A program made the translations under genes and the position numbers. From a virus (Duplodnaviria > Caudoviricetes): a DNA stretch of 64,000 nucleotides. The stretch lies in IMG/VR virus record IMGVR_UViG_3300044719_000048, positions 96,001 through 160,000 of that record; one strand, 5' to 3'. Shown here piece by piece: positions 63,422-64,000 of the stretch. The notes below the pieces were generated by a model, which saw only the letters and a program-made list of their open reading frames with translations, was not told the DNA's origin and searched no databases. The number at the start of each line of letters is the position of its first letter. Position 1 is the stretch's first letter.

Positions 63422-63438
63422 TGCTCAAAATTTAGGCA
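63422..63438. promoter_or_regulatory. 17-bp operator, copy 4 (inverted)
   Basis: TGCTCAAAATTTAGGCA, reverse complement TGCCTAAATTTTGAGCA. Confidence 0.65.
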
Positions 63439-63458
63439 GCATTGAGCCCCGTCAGAGC

Positions 63459-63488
63459 TTGCTGTTGAGAAACCGCATGTGATATAAT
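63459..63488 (+). promoter_or_regulatory. Sigma70-type promoter
   Basis: TTGCTG-18bp-TATAAT with extended TG. Confidence 0.7.
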
Positions 63489-63515
63489 GAACACGCAGCG
63501 TCTCATTTATCATGC

Positions 63516-63532
63516 TGCCTAATTTTTGAGCA
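63516..63532. promoter_or_regulatory. 17-bp operator, copy 5
   Basis: TGCCTAATTTTTGAGCA, identical to copy 1. Confidence 0.7.
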
Positions 63533-63536
63533 GCTT

Positions 63537-63550
63537 CCCTATGAAAAGGA
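63537..63550 (+). promoter_or_regulatory. CCCTATGAAAAGGA box, copy 7
   Basis: Exact 14-mer before ATG 63558. Confidence 0.75.
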
Positions 63551-63557
63551 AACCATC

Positions 63558-63758
63558 ATGACTCAACAGGAACTGTATGGCTTGGCTCTGATCTCGCTGG
63601 GACACGTTATGTACCGTGAAGGCATCGACGCCGACGCAGCGTGGTCGTCCGAGTACGAACTCGATCACGTGAAGTACCTGACAGACAAAGGAGTTGACCC
63701 GCTCGTCGTGCAAGATCTCCTGAAGCTCACGGCAGCCGGGTTGTTACGTCGCTGCTAA
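63558..63758 (+). CDS. Small hypothetical early protein
   Basis: Promoter and leader box upstream. Confidence 0.7.
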   Translation: MTQQELYGLALISLGHVMYREGIDADAAWSSEYELDHVKYLTDKGVDPLVVQDLLKLTAAGLLRRC

Positions 63759-63806
63759 TCGCAGGCGCCTCGGCCACTTCGGTGGCCTAACTCTTGGAGT
63801 TCCAAA

Positions 63807-64000
63807 ATGATCATCACTCTGAATACCTCCGACAAGCTGGTCGTCCATTTCGCAGAAGTCAACGGCGAGTTCGAGATCCACTTCGACACTTCGGAGTATC
63901 CGAAGCAACTGGTCGTGCGCGAGACCGCAGGATTTCCCGGTAATCGAGTCGGCGCCGCGAGTAGTCTGCTGTATCACGAAGACTGGCGTAGCCCGGTCAT
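63807..64000 (+). CDS. Hypothetical protein, runs off window end
   Basis: GGAG RBS, MIITLNTSDK..., frame open to the end. Confidence 0.6.
   Translation, partial: MIITLNTSDKLVVHFAEVNGEFEIHFDTSEYPKQLVVRETAGFPGNRVGAASSLLYHEDWRSPV

Noticed and set aside
43717-63550. CRISPR array or integron att sites from the repeated motifs
   Set aside because: Copies are dispersed, short and irregularly spaced; no cas or integrase gene is seen

Overview
The window is a gene-dense segment of a large, GC-rich, probably lytic tailed phage (jumbo/large myovirus-like). I saw no host housekeeping operons, integrase, rRNA or CRISPR. Genes run on the minus strand from 1 to about 36.0 kb and on the plus strand from about 36.2 kb to the end, diverging at a short AT-rich gap in front of an SF2-helicase-like (origin-binding-type) gene. 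The left arm holds folA and thyA, a HAD phosphatase, a spanin pair, primase, a 1027-aa family A DNA polymerase, an AAA+ ATPase, a nucleotidase and a Nudix hydrolase. It also holds a tightly coupled 7-deazaguanine operon (queD, APS kinase, sulfotransferase, Gpt-like PRTase, queC, TGT/DpdA-like, orphan, queE, folE). The right arm holds an Mre11/SbcD-like nuclease, many small early-type ORFs, ClpS-like, J-domain and 2OG-Fe(II) proteins, tRNA-Ile2(CAT), a basic/acidic histone-like protein and a two-subunit type IIA topoisomerase. Best candidate for a new system: a PAPS-making kinase and a sulfotransferase embedded in the deazaguanine operon, next to a PRTase lacking the N7-binding Asp, which suggests a sulfated and/or pre-replicatively supplied modified base. 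Three repeated regulatory motifs are visible: AGTAAATA (17 copies, all co-oriented with genes), CCCTATGAAAAGGA (7 copies fused to ribosome-binding sites) and a 17-bp pseudo-palindromic operator (5 copies around two sigma70-type promoters). All calls come from motif recognition by eye; no database searches were run.
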